64,000 nucleotides of DNA from Eledone cirrhosa (GCA_964016885.1 OZ024749.1:14756001-14820000), one strand, 5' to 3'; counted from the stretch's first letter, positions 29,088-42,152 are shown. The notes: generated by a model not told the origin, from the letters alone. Numbers and translations are program-made.

Positions 29088-29856
29088 ATTTACAGTGTGG
29101 ACTGGGAGATTTCTGTCATGATACCCACATGACCACTTTACAGTGTGAACTGGGAGATTTCTGTCATGATACCCACATGACCACTTTACAGTGTGGACTG
29201 GGAGATTTCTGTCATGATACCCACATGACCACTTTACAGTGTGGACTGGGAGATTTCTGTCATGATACCCACATGACCACTTTACAGTGTGGACTGGGAG
29301 ATTTCTGTCATGATACCCACATGACCACTTTACAGTGTGAACTGGGAGATTTCTGTCATGATACCCACATGACCACTTTACAGTGTGGACTGGGAGATTT
29401 CTGTCATGATACCCACATGACCACTTTACAGTGTGAACTGGGAGATTTCTGTCATGATACCCACACGACCACTTTACAGTGTGGACTGGGAGATTTCTGT
29501 CATGATACCCACATGACCACTTTACAGTGTGGACTGGGAGATTTCTGTCATGATACCCACATGACCACTTTACAGTGTGAACTGGGAGATTTCTGTCATG
29601 ATACCCACATGACCACTTTACAGTGTGGACCGGGAGATTTCTGTCATGATACCCACATGACCACTTTACAGTGTGAACTGGGAGATTTCTGTCATGATAC
29701 CCACATGACCACTTTACAGTGTGGACTGGGAGATTTCTGTCATGATACCCACATGACCACTTTACAGTGTGAACTGGGAGATTTCTGTCATGATACCCAC
29801 ATGACCACTTTACAGTGTGGACTGGGAGATTTCTGTCATGATACCCACATGACCAC
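29088..29856. repeat. 48-bp minisatellite (~16 copies) derived from the RTE 3' UTR
   Basis: Unit accactttacagtgtggactgggagatttctgtcatgatacccacatg, continuing directly from ggatgcccttcctaacgccaacc. Confidence 0.95.
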
Positions 29857-29916
29857 ATGTGGTTGTTGAGGCATAGTGGTTAAAAAGTGCTTACTAGATG
29901 TATGTTTCAGTACATG

Positions 29917-29971
<55 letters not shown>

Positions 29972-30295
29972 CATATATAAAATATATATATATATATAAC
30001 ATATATAAAATATATATATATATATAACATATATAAAATATATATATATATATAAAATATATATATATATATATATAAAATATATATATATATATATATA
30101 AAATATATATATATATATATAAAATATATATATATATATATAAAATATATATATATATATATAAAATATATATATATATAAAATATATATATATATATAT
30201 AAAATATATATATATATATATAAAATATATATATATATAAAATATATATATATATATATAAAATATATATATATATATATATAAAATATATATAT

Positions 30296-30642
30296 TGTAT
30301 TTTTTTGTTATCTATTTAAGGTTTAAATACGGTGTTTTTGTCGTATTGAACAGAACAAATCTTGCAGTTTTGCTTTTTGTTAAATCGCTTGTTAAACATT
30401 CATAACCTTCTATCTTAATTCTATCGTATTCGTCCAATTCCTTAATTCTATCGTATTCTCAAACAAAAAAACAAAATCCTCCCCATTCTACTTATAAATT
30501 ACTTTAAATATATATAGTATGCTACTTGAAAGTCAAAAATCCGATCCACCCCTTCACCCTCCTTGCTTCTCCACGAGGGGGCTGCGGTCAGCCACAATAT
30601 CTCCCCCCCCCCTCTCTTTCTTCCCCTCTATCTCTCGCTTAG

Positions 30643-30687
<45 letters not shown>

Positions 30688-33600
30688 AGATAAGTTCTCC
30701 TTCATGTTTATTCACTTTCGCCAATCCACCGCTGCTTCAATTATTTCTATGATGGACTCATGTAAATCGTAAAGTACAATTCTTCTCTCCATTTCCACGC
30801 TCAATTCCGTACATAGTCCAAACAAACATCCAATCTCGCAAAATCCGAAATCTGTATTTTTTTGTTATCTATTTAAGGTTTAAATACGGTGTTTTTGTCG
30901 TATTGAACAGAACAAATCTTGCAGTTTTGCTTTTTGTTAAATCGCTTGTTAATCATTCATAACCTTCCAGCTAGCTACCCCACACCCCTCCCTCCCGCCC
31001 CCACACGCCACCATACTTAATACGTGGACCAATCATAAGCCAGAGCCCCCCCCCCCCCCCCGCATCACCACCATTATTATAAGCCAGAGCCCCCCCCCAC
31101 CCCCACGCATCACCATTATTATTATTACGCGGACCAAATCATAAGCCAGAGGCCTATACTATCGCTTGCCCGGTTGCCTTCGATATATGATGGATGGATG
31201 GACGGACGGACTGCAGAATCCTGGAGAGTGGAAGGGAGAGAAAAATCTGGACGCCCAGAGCGAAAATGCCAAAGTTAAAGTCAAATTCACCTCGTGGACG
31301 AGAATGCGAGCACTCCTCTTTGTTTCGTCCGCGGATGGCTAACATAACCGTATCTCCTCCCGCCCCCCACCACCCCCACCCTCCAAACGCAACCCAAAAC
31401 TTCAGAGTTGGTACCATAAATGTAGGCACCCTAAAGGGTCGCGCTAACGAGGTTGTAGAAATGCTTGAACGTAAGGAGGTCGATGTTTGTTGTATTCAAG
31501 AGACCAGGTGGAGGGGTGGGTCTGCTAGATTCATTGAGGGTAAAAAACGATGTTATAAGCTTTTCTGGGTGGGAAACGACGATGGGCTGGGTGGAGTAGG
31601 AATCATGGTAGCAGAAAAGTGGGCAGATAAGATAATAGACGTAAATAGAGTGAACGACAGAATAATTAAAATAAGACTTGTCCTCAATAGAACTACGGTG
31701 ACAGTAATATCTGCGTACGCACCCCAATCCGGACTGCCCGGCACTATAAAAGACAGATTCTATGAGACACTGTTGCTAACTACCTCCCAAATATCTGACA
31801 GTGACTATATAATTATTGCAGGCGACCTAAATGGTCACGTTGGACAACATTGTGACGGCTATGACGAAATCCATGGAGGCTATGGGTTTGGTACTAGAAA
31901 TGAGGAAGGCTCCAGAATTCTGGAATACTGTGATGCAAATAACCTAACTATCTGTAACACTAACTTCAAAAAACGTGACAATCACCTGATTACCTATAGA
32001 TCCGGGGAACACACAAGCCAGGTAGATTATATCCTTACCAGAAGACGTGACAGAGTGTCTGTTGTAAACACTAAATCCCTCCCCCATGAAGAATGCACCT
32101 CCCAACATAGACTGATAATTAGCGACCTCATAGTCAGGACGAGACGCACCCGACAGCAGAAGAGGACTATCCTCAGGAGGAAAATATGGAAACTAAAGGA
32201 CCCCACAGCCAGAAATAAATTTCAAAGCATATTACTTGATGCTTTCGACAGTAAGGAAGAGCATCTAGAATTGGACAATATAGAGGGACAGTGGAAATTT
32301 CTGAAAGCAAACCTGCTGTTGGCGACAGACGAAGTCTGTGGCTGGAGCAGGCCTGTAGGCAGGAGGAGAGTAATATGGTGGTGGAACAATAGGGTGGAGG
32401 GGTCAATTAAGGCCAAAAAGCAGGCTTGGAAAGTATGGCGGGATGGGGGAAGTAGAGTAGACTATCAAGTGGCCAGGAGGGAAGCTAGGAGAGAAGTGTA
32501 CTTAGCAAGAAGGGAAGCTGAGGAAAGAAAGTTCAAGCATGTTCTACAACGCGATGACCAAAAACGTGAGGTGTTCAGGATTGCCAGGCAATGCGTCAAG
32601 GAAAACCGTGATATTGTCGGGGAGAAGTGTGTACTTAACGATGATGGCATACTTGCCATCACCGACACTGATAAGAAGGTAGCTTGGAAGTGTCACTATG
32701 AAAGGCTACTAAATGAGGAGAATAAATGGGAGAAAGACAGTCTCCCCCTTATCGACCCGATAGAGGGACCAACAGTGTTAGTCGAGGGGAGTATAATAAG
32801 TAAGGCAATCAAGGATATGAAGACTGGTAAGGCGGCTGGGCCTTCGGAAATAGTTGCTGAGATGCTGAAGGCATCTGGCACGGTGGGACACACCATGGTC
32901 ACCCGCATAGTTAACCAAGTCGTACAGAATGGGGTTGTTCCGAAGGACTGGCATAGCAGCATCATCGTTAACTGTTATAAGGGTAAAGGAGACGCCCTAG
33001 ATAGGAGTAACTATAGAGGCATTAAATTAATCGACCAGGTCATGAAGGTCACGGAAAAAGTAATAGCGCAACTAATCAGAGAGAGAATTGATCTAGATGA
33101 AATGCAGTTCGGGTTTGTGTCAGGCAAAAGCACCACAGACGCTCTTTTCATAGTACGACAACTACAGGAGAAGTACCTAGCTAAAGGTAAACCCCTCTAC
33201 TTAGCTTTTGTCGACCTGGAGAAAGCCTTCGACAGAGTCCCCCGCTCCATTATCTGGTGGGCTCTTAGAAAACTAGGCGTTGACGAATGGCTTGTGAGGG
33301 CTATACAAGCCATGTATAAAGAAACAGTCAGCAAGGTTAGAATTAACAACGAATATAGTGAAGAGTTTAGCGTAAAAGTTGGCGTCCATCAGGGCTCTGT
33401 TCTCAGCCCCCTACTATTTATTATTGCCCTTCAGGCTATAACAGAGGAGTTCAAGACAGGCTGCCCATGGGAACTCCTATACGCAGACGACCTGACACTC
33501 ATAGCGGAATCAATGGCCGAGCTAGAGAAGAAATTCCAAACATGGAAGCACGGCCTAGAGTCAAAAGGACTTAAAATTAACCTGGCTAAGACCAAAGTTC

Positions 33601-34804
33601 TAGTTTGTAGGAAAGAAAACAAGGCGGCGGTCCCTTCTGGGAAATGGTCGTGCTCGGTATGTAGGAAAGGCGTAGGTAGAAACTCCATCTTATGTCCTAA
33701 ATGCAAAGTATGGGTGCATAAAAGATGTAGTGGGATCACAGGTAAGCTAACTAAGAACATAGACTTTACATGTGGCCGGTGTTCTGGTGCAATAAGTAGC
33801 AGCAAGTGCCCACTAAATACTAGCTCTTTCAATTGCGCAGAGGGTTCTATAGAAATAGTGGACAGCTTCCGTTACCTGGGCGATAAAATCAGCAGTGGGG
33901 GAGGGTGCTCTGAAAGTACTGTAGCTAGAGTCAGAACTGGTTGGAAAAAGTTCAGAGAGCTTATACCACTATTAGCTGCTAAAGGGTTCTCCCTAAAAAT
34001 GAAAGGCAGGTTGTACGATGCCTGCATACGAACAGCAATGTTGCATGGTAGTGAGACCTGGGCATTGTGTGCAGAGGATATACGCAGACTAGAGAGGAAC
34101 GAAGCTTGCATGCTCCGCTGGATGTGTAACAGTAATATACGTGAACGGCAAAGCATAAACGAACTAAGGAAAAAATTAGAGATAAGAGGGATCAGATGTT
34201 GTTTACTCGAGAGAAGGCTGCGTTGGTATGGACACGTGATGCGCATGAAAGTCGATAGCTGTATTACAAAGTGCAGGACAATAAAGATAGACGGTAGCCA
34301 CGGAATAGGCAGACCTAGAAAAACATGGGATGAGCTGATAAACTCCGACCTCACACACTTACACCTCTCCAAGACAATGTCACTGGACCGTGACCTTTGG
34401 CGGTACTCAGTAACAGAGAAGACCCGCCTTGCCAGTAGGCATCTCTAACAAAATACACCCCGTCCCGCCACCACCCCCACCCCATCCACACCACCCCGTT
34501 CTATGTAAAGTTATGTTGGTGCCGCGCCATCCAGGCCGAAACAAATGAGATCGTGTAGGTGTCACGACAAAAAAACACACAGTCCACGCTGTAATGTGGC
34601 CGTGTAGGCAACACGGTAAAAACCTCCCAGACCCACACTGTAAATGTGGTTGGTGTTAGGAAGGGCATCCAACTGTAGAAAACCTGCCAGACAGTCCTAT
34701 GCGAGCAAGACAATCACTCTTGCCTCAAGTGGGACTACCCCCGTCCAAACCCATGCAAGCGTGGAACACGGACGTTAAACGTTGATGATGATGATGATGA
34801 TGAT
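30296..34804 (+). mobile_element. Full-length RTE LINE, antisense within the FNDC3-like intron
   Basis: Repetitive 5' region, intact ORF, ~350-bp 3' UTR ending ggacgttaaacgtt(gat)n. The same ATAAAATATATA minisatellite lies on both flanks. The 5' boundary is approximate. Confidence 0.88.
31194..34448 (+). CDS. RTE-clade non-LTR retrotransposon ORF: APE endonuclease, reverse transcriptase, PHD-type zinc finger
   Basis: 1084-aa uninterrupted ORF. APE motifs GTINV, CIQETR, SAYAPQ, AGDLNGH, QVDYIL, SQHRL. RT motifs SNYRGIKL, QFGF, AFVDLEKAFD, GVHQGSVLSP, YADD. Cys-rich CSVC..CPKC..HKRC..CGRC. RTE C-terminus [15 protein letters not shown]. Confidence 0.97.
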   Translation: MDGRTDCRILESGRERKIWTPRAKMPKLKSNSPRGRECEHSSLFRPRMANITVSPPAPHHPHPPNATQNFRVGTINVGTLKGRANEVVEMLERKEVDVCCIQETRWRGGSARFIEGKKRCYKLFWVGNDDGLGGVGIMVAEKWADKIIDVNRVNDRIIKIRLVLNRTTVTVISAYAPQSGLPGTIKDRFYETLLLTTSQISDSDYIIIAGDLNGHVGQHCDGYDEIHGGYGFGTRNEEGSRILEYCDANNLTICNTNFKKRDNHLITYRSGEHTSQVDYILTRRRDRVSVVNTKSLPHEECTSQHRLIISDLIVRTRRTRQQKRTILRRKIWKLKDPTARNKFQSILLDAFDSKEEHLELDNIEGQWKFLKANLLLATDEVCGWSRPVGRRRVIWWWNNRVEGSIKAKKQAWKVWRDGGSRVDYQVARREARREVYLARREAEERKFKHVLQRDDQKREVFRIARQCVKENRDIVGEKCVLNDDGILAITDTDKKVAWKCHYERLLNEENKWEKDSLPLIDPIEGPTVLVEGSIISKAIKDMKTGKAAGPSEIVAEMLKASGTVGHTMVTRIVNQVVQNGVVPKDWHSSIIVNCYKGKGDALDRSNYRGIKLIDQVMKVTEKVIAQLIRERIDLDEMQFGFVSGKSTTDALFIVRQLQEKYLAKGKPLYLAFVDLEKAFDRVPRSIIWWALRKLGVDEWLVRAIQAMYKETVSKVRINNEYSEEFSVKVGVHQGSVLSPLLFIIALQAITEEFKTGCPWELLYADDLTLIAESMAELEKKFQTWKHGLESKGLKINLAKTKVLVCRKENKAAVPSGKWSCSVCRKGVGRNSILCPKCKVWVHKRCSGITGKLTKNIDFTCGRCSGAISSSKCPLNTSSFNCAEGSIEIVDSFRYLGDKISSGGGCSESTVARVRTGWKKFRELIPLLAAKGFSLKMKGRLYDACIRTAMLHGSETWALCAEDIRRLERNEACMLRWMCNSNIRERQSINELRKKLEIRGIRCCLLERRLRWYGHVMRMKVDSCITKCRTIKIDGSHGIGRPRKTWDELINSDLTHLHLSKTMSLDRDLWRYSVTEKTRLASRHL

Positions 34805-35170
34805 ATAAAATATATATATATATATATAAAATATATATATATATATATAAAATATATATATATATATAAAATATATATATATATATAAAATATATATATA
34901 TATATATCCATACATATATATATATATCCACACATATATATATATATCCACACATATATATATATATCCACATATACACACATATACATACATACAGACA
35001 CACACACATATATATATATATATATTAGATAGGGTGCGGTAAAAACCAGCTAAAGCATAACCCACCAGAGTACTCAGTACTTGGGGTAGTAGAGTGGGTA
35101 ATATGAAAAGATTCAGGACAATACATACATGTATATTATGTATGTATATATATATATATATACATACATG

Positions 35171-35208
<38 letters not shown>

Positions 35209-35210
35209 AT

Positions 35211-35241
<31 letters not shown>

Positions 35242-35314
35242 ATGTATATATATATATACATACATGTATATTATATATATATATATATATGCATGTATAT
35301 TATGTATATATATA

Positions 35315-35348
<34 letters not shown>

Positions 35349-35364
35349 CATACATGTATATTAT

Positions 35365-35396
<32 letters not shown>

Positions 35397-36642
35397 TATA
35401 AAACATGTCTATAGAATCACAAGATAAAATATATACCATTTCCTCTCCCAATTAGCATAATTAACTATATAAAAAATCGAATAGACCAGCCTATATATAT
35501 ATAAAAGATACCTTCCATGGTGAATTCTTGTGAGAAACCCAGTTGTGAACTTTTAAATACACATAAAAAACTGTGTAAACTTGTGAATGGCAAATAGGAT
35601 ATTTTATTTGAGTCCTTGTGGAGGGGATGTGTGTTTTTTTACAATGAGGAAAGTATGTAAAGAATTGGTGCTAAAGTGGTTTTAAAATTGGGGGGGGGGG
35701 TGCTACATTTAAAGATTGAAGTTATAAATAACATTGTCCCACTCTTGAATGTCTGCTTCTATTGCCAATGTATCTTAGCTGTAATTAGCAGAGTAGTACT
35801 GACACAGCGTGATTCATAATAAAGTTATTATGTAAGACAGACACTTACTTATGAAGGCATATACATTATATTTATGCTTTTATAGCTGCCTCTCTTATTT
35901 GGCTATAATGGTTATTGCCTGTTGGTTCTTGGTATATACACACACACACATCATCATCACAATTTTATGACCATTCTTCCACAATAGCATGGGTTAGACA
36001 TGTTGTCCTGTTGTGGGCAATGCTAGGTTAGGTGACTATGTGTTGCTCACAGAGAACTGATTTTGGCTTGGTTTTTACAGCTGGATGCCCTTCCTAACGC
36101 CAACCTCATTTACAGTGAGTACTGGGTGCTTTTCTGTTGTGACACCTACATGACCACTTTACACTATACGTGTGTGTTGTTGACGTCAGAGAAAAGAGTA
36201 ATCAATGCCAAAGTGGAGTTTTAATATTCATTTTATTAAGGCTAAATAGTGAGTCTTGTTACTCTGGAGTTTTGCCTGTTTATCAAGTGATAACTCCAGA
36301 GTAACAAGACTCACTATTTAGCCTTAATAAAATGAACATATATATATATATTATTAGAAATGTAAGCTATCGCCGTATTTTGACTAAAGAAATTAAAGAA
36401 ATTATTTAGCCTGATAGTGGGGTTAAGAACCCTCGGAGAAATAGAAAAAGATGAGTATTGACGTACATATATATATATCATCATCATCATCATTTTACGT
36501 CCGCTTTTCCCTAAAATGATGATGATGATATATATGAATATATATATATATATATACTATATATATATGTTTAGCATTAATAAAATGAACATATATAGAT
36601 ATATATATGTTCATTTTATTAAGGCTAAATAGTGAGTCTTGT

Positions 36643-36734
<92 letters not shown>

Positions 36735-37612
36735 AGAGTAGTAATATTAATAAGTACAACAACTAAAATCCAGAAAAGGGTAAGGGTGGTATATGTATAA
36801 GTAAAAATAATCCTGTAGAGCAAATATTTATCATTAGCACAGATTAAAAGTTTACGCAAATAAAAACTGGCCGGGATATTCTTGGTCTTCCCCTACTGCC
36901 ACTTCTTCACCCAATTATCCATGCACAACACACCCAGTGCTTGGTTGGTGTGGCCAACTGGCCAGATCTCCCTCATAATGGGACCATCTGGCTCCCAAAC
37001 TATGGTTCTGGTGTGAGCAAGGTATGGTGCCATCCAGTTCCACACAGTAAACGTGGTTGGTATTAGTAGGAAGGGCATCCAGTTGTAAAAATGCCAGCCA
37101 AATTACAGTTCTACCTGAGCAAGGTACAGTACAGCCACCTGGCCAGACTTGTCTCATACCTGTCTAACCCATGCTAGCATGGAAAATGGACGTTAAACAG
37201 TGATGATGACAGTGACCACATGCCCATACTAGTACAGTCGTCTATCTTCCATCTTACATTTGATTCTTCTTATACCCAGGTTTTTGGTTTTTTTCCCCTC
37301 AGTTCAAATTTTGGTACTTTTAAGATGGGAGGAAAGTGGTGACAGTTGCATCTGACAGGATCTGCTGGAAGAACTGTTTGAGGGCTCTGCCCCCACGACC
37401 CTACCAGGAATAAGTGGGCGAAGATGAAGTAGGTGGGAGGACTCGATCTCGTGTCAGATACAGCTGCACACACACACACACAAATACCAAGGGGCACAAA
37501 ACACAAACTCCTGGTCATACATACACATAGACCATCACAGATACATGTAATCACACACACACACACACACACACATGCATACAATTAAAATATATTCGTC
37601 ACAAGCGCCAAT

Positions 37613-37670
<58 letters not shown>

Positions 37671-38192
37671 TATATATAACACAAATGAACAGGGACATAC
37701 TGCCAGCAATATCCCACACCAATATACACAATGTAATAAAACCACTAACACACACACACACTGCCACCAATATTCCACATCAATATGCACAATGTAAGAA
37801 AGCCACACACGCATTACCAGCAATATCCCACACCAATATACACAATATAACAGTCACTAACACACACACGTACTGTAACATGCCTAGCACACCCCCCCAC
37901 ACATACACACACAGACATCCACATATTCTTACAGGGCTGTTAACACTCTCCCCCCAACACAGTTACTAATGCCATGACCCCGCCACCACACAGTAAGGCA
38001 GTTATTAACGCCTACACACTAACACACCAACCAACACATCCCAGTACAGCAGTGATTAGATGATGCGCAAGTGTGCACAGTTTAAAATGCAAACTTGTAA
38101 CATAGTGCAGCTGGTTACTAAGTCATTGGTAGATTGATTGCATCCCTTCAATTTGCAAGCATGCACTTAGTAGGACCTTACAGCTTACATTC

Positions 38193-38235
<43 letters not shown>

Positions 38236-38253
38236 TGTGAGTGAGTGAGTGTG

Positions 38254-38326
<73 letters not shown>

Positions 38327-38455
38327 ATGTATATATATATATACATACACACATATGCTAATGTGGAAGATGGAAGCTAAATGATGATGATATAAATATA
38401 TATATATACACACACGCATATATATACATATACAAATATATATATATATATATAT

Positions 38456-39075
38456 CTCGAGAGAAGGCTACGTTGGTATGGTCACGTGATGCGCATGAAA
38501 GACGACAGTTGTATAACAAAGTGCAGGGCATTAAAGATAGACGGTAGCCACGGAGTAGGCAGACCCAGAAAAACCTGGGACCTGATAAATTCCGACCTCA
38601 CACACTTACACCTCTCCAAGACAATGTCACTGGACCGAGACCTTTGGCAGTACTCAGTAATAGAGAAGACCCACCTTACCTAAATACAAAGTAAAACCTA
38701 CTACAGTCAGTAGGCATCTCTAACAAAATACACCCCCGTCCCACCACCCCACCCCATCCACACTGCCCCTTTCAATGTAAAGTTATGTTGGTACCACAAC
38801 ATCCAGGCCGAAACAAATGAGATCGTGTAGGTCTCATGACAAAAAAAACACAGTCCACGCTGTAATGTGGCCGTGTAGGCAACACGGTAAAAACCTCCCA
38901 GCCCCACACTGTAAATGTGGTTGGTGTTAGGAAGGGCATCCAGCTGTAGAAAACCCGCCAGACAGTCCTATGCGAGCAAGACAACCACTCTTGCCTCAAG
39001 TGGGAAAACTCCCGTCCAAACCCATGCAAGCGTGGAACATGGACGTTAAACGAGGATGATGATGATGATGATGAT
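38456..39075 (+). mobile_element. 5'-truncated RTE LINE copy
   Basis: Matches 34206-34800, including the 3' UTR and (gat)n tail. Confidence 0.92.
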
Positions 39076-39167
39076 ACACACACATACTAGTTTAATCCTG
39101 TAAATATATAATACAGAATCATGTGCCGAGATGCTCTAAAATAGCTTATATAACAGAGTAAAGACCT

Positions 39168-39381
39168 TTAACCCTTTACCATTTAGAACTCTATATTTAC
39201 TACTGTATTATTGTGGTAAAGACTTTATTTCACATAATATGGAATCTACGAGATTTTGATGATATTTATTTTGAGAACAATACGTTAACATAAGTATGAG
39301 TGGCCAGTTATGGCCAGTTTGAACAGAAAGAGGTAAGAAAAGTCTGGCTGGATACGGCCAGTTTAAATGCTAAGGGGTTAA
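39168..39381 (+). mobile_element. TTAA-flanked MITE, uninterrupted copy
   Basis: ttaaccctttaccattt ... aaatgctaaggggttaa; internal sequence shared with 420-621 and 6275-6666. Confidence 0.78.
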
Positions 39382-39495
39382 AGACTGAAAAAGAAGGTGC
39401 CATCAGCAGCACCTATATATATATAAGTTTATCCCGGGTTCAATTGGGGGTAACCACAGTAAGTAAGGTACTCAATACATAGCAGAGTATAAATG

Positions 39496-39621
39496 TTTTA
39501 ATATAGAAAAGCTTCTACAGGACTAGAACTGTTTCATTCGTGAGAAATCATCAGGAAGCTTCCTGATGATTTCTCACGAATGAAACACTTCTAGTCCTGT
39601 AGAAGCTTTTCTATATTAAAA
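39496..39621. ncRNA. 126-bp palindrome of two head-to-head family B hammerheads
   Basis: Centre aagctt at 39556-39561. Each arm reads aagcttc-CTGATGA-t ttc tcac gaa t-GAAACA(g/c)ttctagtcCTGTA|gaagctt. Confidence 0.85.
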
Positions 39622-40109
39622 AATATATATACATACACACACATATATAAACATACACACACACATATATGTGTGTGTGAGTATGTAAATATAACAGTAC
39701 ATTGTTGCATCACCTTCTCCTAGGGTCTACTCCCACTCCCACCGTGCAGATTAAGATGCAGTTAAAATCCGCAACTAGAACTAGAGACCGGGATGTTCCT
39801 AGGAAATCTTTGAGTCACACCCAAAGAATCCAGGATGTCCTGCCATGAGTCTAAAGACAGCCCCTTCATTACCACTCATGTCAAGTACTACCAGCCTACC
39901 CTGCGGGTCCATCAAGATCATCATCCTAACTCTGAGATACAGACCTTTCCAGAACAGCAGTGCCACCTCACCCCCATCTCCCAGAACAGCAGTGCCACCT
40001 CACCCCGTTCCCAACAGACCACAGGATAGTTATTGAAAACAGGGTCAAGACTGTACGTTCTAGAAATTCTGACATCTGGTTCTAGAAATTCTGACATTTG
40101 AAAAGAAGG

Positions 40110-40720
40110 TGAAAGTTGATTTAATCAACCCCAGTGTATTACTGGTACTTTATTTTATAACCCCCATAAGGATGAAAGGCAAAGCTAACCTCGGTGGGAT
40201 TTGAACTCAGAACGTAAAGGAATGTAACTGCATGCCACAAAGCATGGTGTCCGATGCTCTACCAATACTGTCAATACACCACCCTTAATTGTCTCTAATT
40301 TTGGCACAAGGCCAGCAATTTGAATGGAAATTCAATTAAATCAATCCTAGTACATTACTGGAACTTTATTCTATTGACTCTGTAAGGATAAAAGGCAAAG
40401 CTAACCTCAATGGGATTTGAACTCAGAACGTAAAGGGCCGTAACTCTATGCTGCAAAGCATGGTGTCTGACGCTATACCAATTCTTCCAATCCACCACCC
40501 TTAATCCATCAACAGCAATAATAATAGTTTCTGATTTAAGCACAACGCCAACAGTTTTGAAGGAGGGGTAAGTCGATTAACCTCAGTGTATTACTGGTAC
40601 TTTACTCTATCAACTCTGTTAGGATGAAAGGCAAAGCTAAGCACGGTGAAATTTAAAATCAGAACATAAAACGGCCGTAATTACATGCCACAAAAGCATG
40701 TTTCGATGCTCTACCAATTA
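40110..40720 (-). mobile_element. Three tandem diverged SINE copies directly downstream of the exon donor
   Basis: Three repeats of ctggtacttta..ggatgaaaggcaaagctaacctc..gatttgaactcagaacg..gatgctctaccaat. Confidence 0.8.
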
Positions 40721-40729
40721 CTATCTTAC

Positions 40730-40867
40730 CTGAATTGTTGTTAGTTTTATTGTTTTTGTTTCTACGAGGTGGTTGCCTGTAATAATTCCCCTCTTCCGCC
40801 TTCCGACATTTCTTGTACCAAGATCTTTGCCGGATTCTTTCTTCAGAGTTTAGAGGAGGGCTTGGTC
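40730..40867 (-). CDS. FNDC3: Exon of FNDC3-like gene (basic segment)
   Basis: Acceptor gttgtgtttcag, donor CAG|gtaaga. 138 nt, phase 1 to 1, encodes (G)PSPPLNSEERIRQRSWYKKCRKAEEGNYYRQPPRRNKNNKTNNNS. Resembles the SPP..(K)DER..R....L.KKL motif of FNDC3/mtgo. Phase-compatible with both neighbouring exons. Confidence 0.75.
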
Positions 40868-40947
40868 CTGAAACACAACGGAAGATAAAACAATAACAAA
40901 CTGAAGGTAAATTAAGGAGGTGGGTTGACTCTTCAGTCAACATCTCT

Positions 40948-41669
40948 AGGGCTGGTGCTGTATTAAACTCCACCCAGTACACTCTGTAAAGTGACAGGGC
41001 TGGTGCTGTATTAAACTCCACCCAGTACACTCTGTAAAGTGACAGGGCTGGTGCTGTATTAAACTCCACCCAGTCCACTCTGTAAAGTGACAGGGCTGGT
41101 GCTGCATTAAACTCCACCCAGTACACTCTGTAAAGTGACAGGGCTGGTGCTGTATTAAACTCCACCCAGTACACTCTGTAAAGTGACAGGGCTGGTGCTG
41201 TATTAAACTCCACCCAGTACACTCTGTAAAGTGACAGGGCTGGTGCTGTATTAAACTCCACCCAGTACACTCTGTAAAGTGACAGGGCTGGTGCTGCATT
41301 AAACTCCACCCAGTACACTCTGTAAAGTGACAGGGCTGGTGCTGCATTAAACTCCACCCAGTACACTCTGTAAAGTGACAGGGCTGGTGCTGTATTAAAC
41401 TCCACCCAGTACACTCTGTAAAGTGACAGGGCTGGTGCTGTATTAAACTCCACCCAGTACACTCTGTAAAGTGACAGGGCTGGTGCTGTATTAAACTCCA
41501 CCCAGTACACTCTGTAAAGTGACAGGGCTGGTGCTGTATTAAACTACACTCAGTACACTCTGTAAAGTGACAGGGCTGGTGCTGTATTAAACTCCACCCA
41601 GTACACTCTGTAAAGTGACAGGGCTGGTGCTGTATTAAACTCCACCCAGTACACTCTGTAAAGTGACAG
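40948..41669. repeat. 48-bp minisatellite (~15 copies)
   Basis: Unit gggctggtgctgtattaaactccacccagtacactctgtaaagtgaca. Confidence 0.95.
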
Positions 41670-42115
41670 TGCTGGCTGTGGTTTTGTTGTTGGTGATGTT
41701 GGTGGTGGTTGTGATGTTGGTGGTGGTGGTTGTGATGATGGTGGTGGTGTTGGTTGTGATGCTGGTGTTGATGGTGGTGTTGGTTGTGATGCTGGTGTTG
41801 ATGGTGATGGTGGTGTTGATGGTGATGGTGGTGTTGATGGTGATGGTGGTGTTGGTGGTGATGGTGGTGTTGGTGGTGATGGTGGTGTTGGTGGTATTGG
41901 AAGCGCTGTTGCTGTGGTGGTGGTGGTGGTGACGTTGTTGGTACTGGTGCTATTGGTGGTGGTGTTATTGTTGTTGGTGGTTGTTGATGGTGGTGGTGGT
42001 GGTATGGTAGTGATGTTGATGTTGTTGTTGTTGTAGTAAAGGAAGAACTCAGATTGCAAGACAGCGGAAACAAAAGAAACAGCCTCTTAGCCACTTATAG
42101 ATTCTTGTTATGTAC

Positions 42116-42152
<37 letters not shown>

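Noticed and set aside
30545-30610. HDV-like ribozyme in the RTE 5' region
   Set aside because: Could not assemble the nested double pseudoknot by eye; needs a descriptor search.
37270-37463. Possible additional minus-strand exon
   Set aside because: The acceptor follows (TG)n, frames reach stops, and there is no FNDC3 similarity or strong donor.
39724-40036. Short ORFs in unique-looking sequence
   Set aside because: No recognisable motifs, and an internal duplication suggests a decayed repeat.
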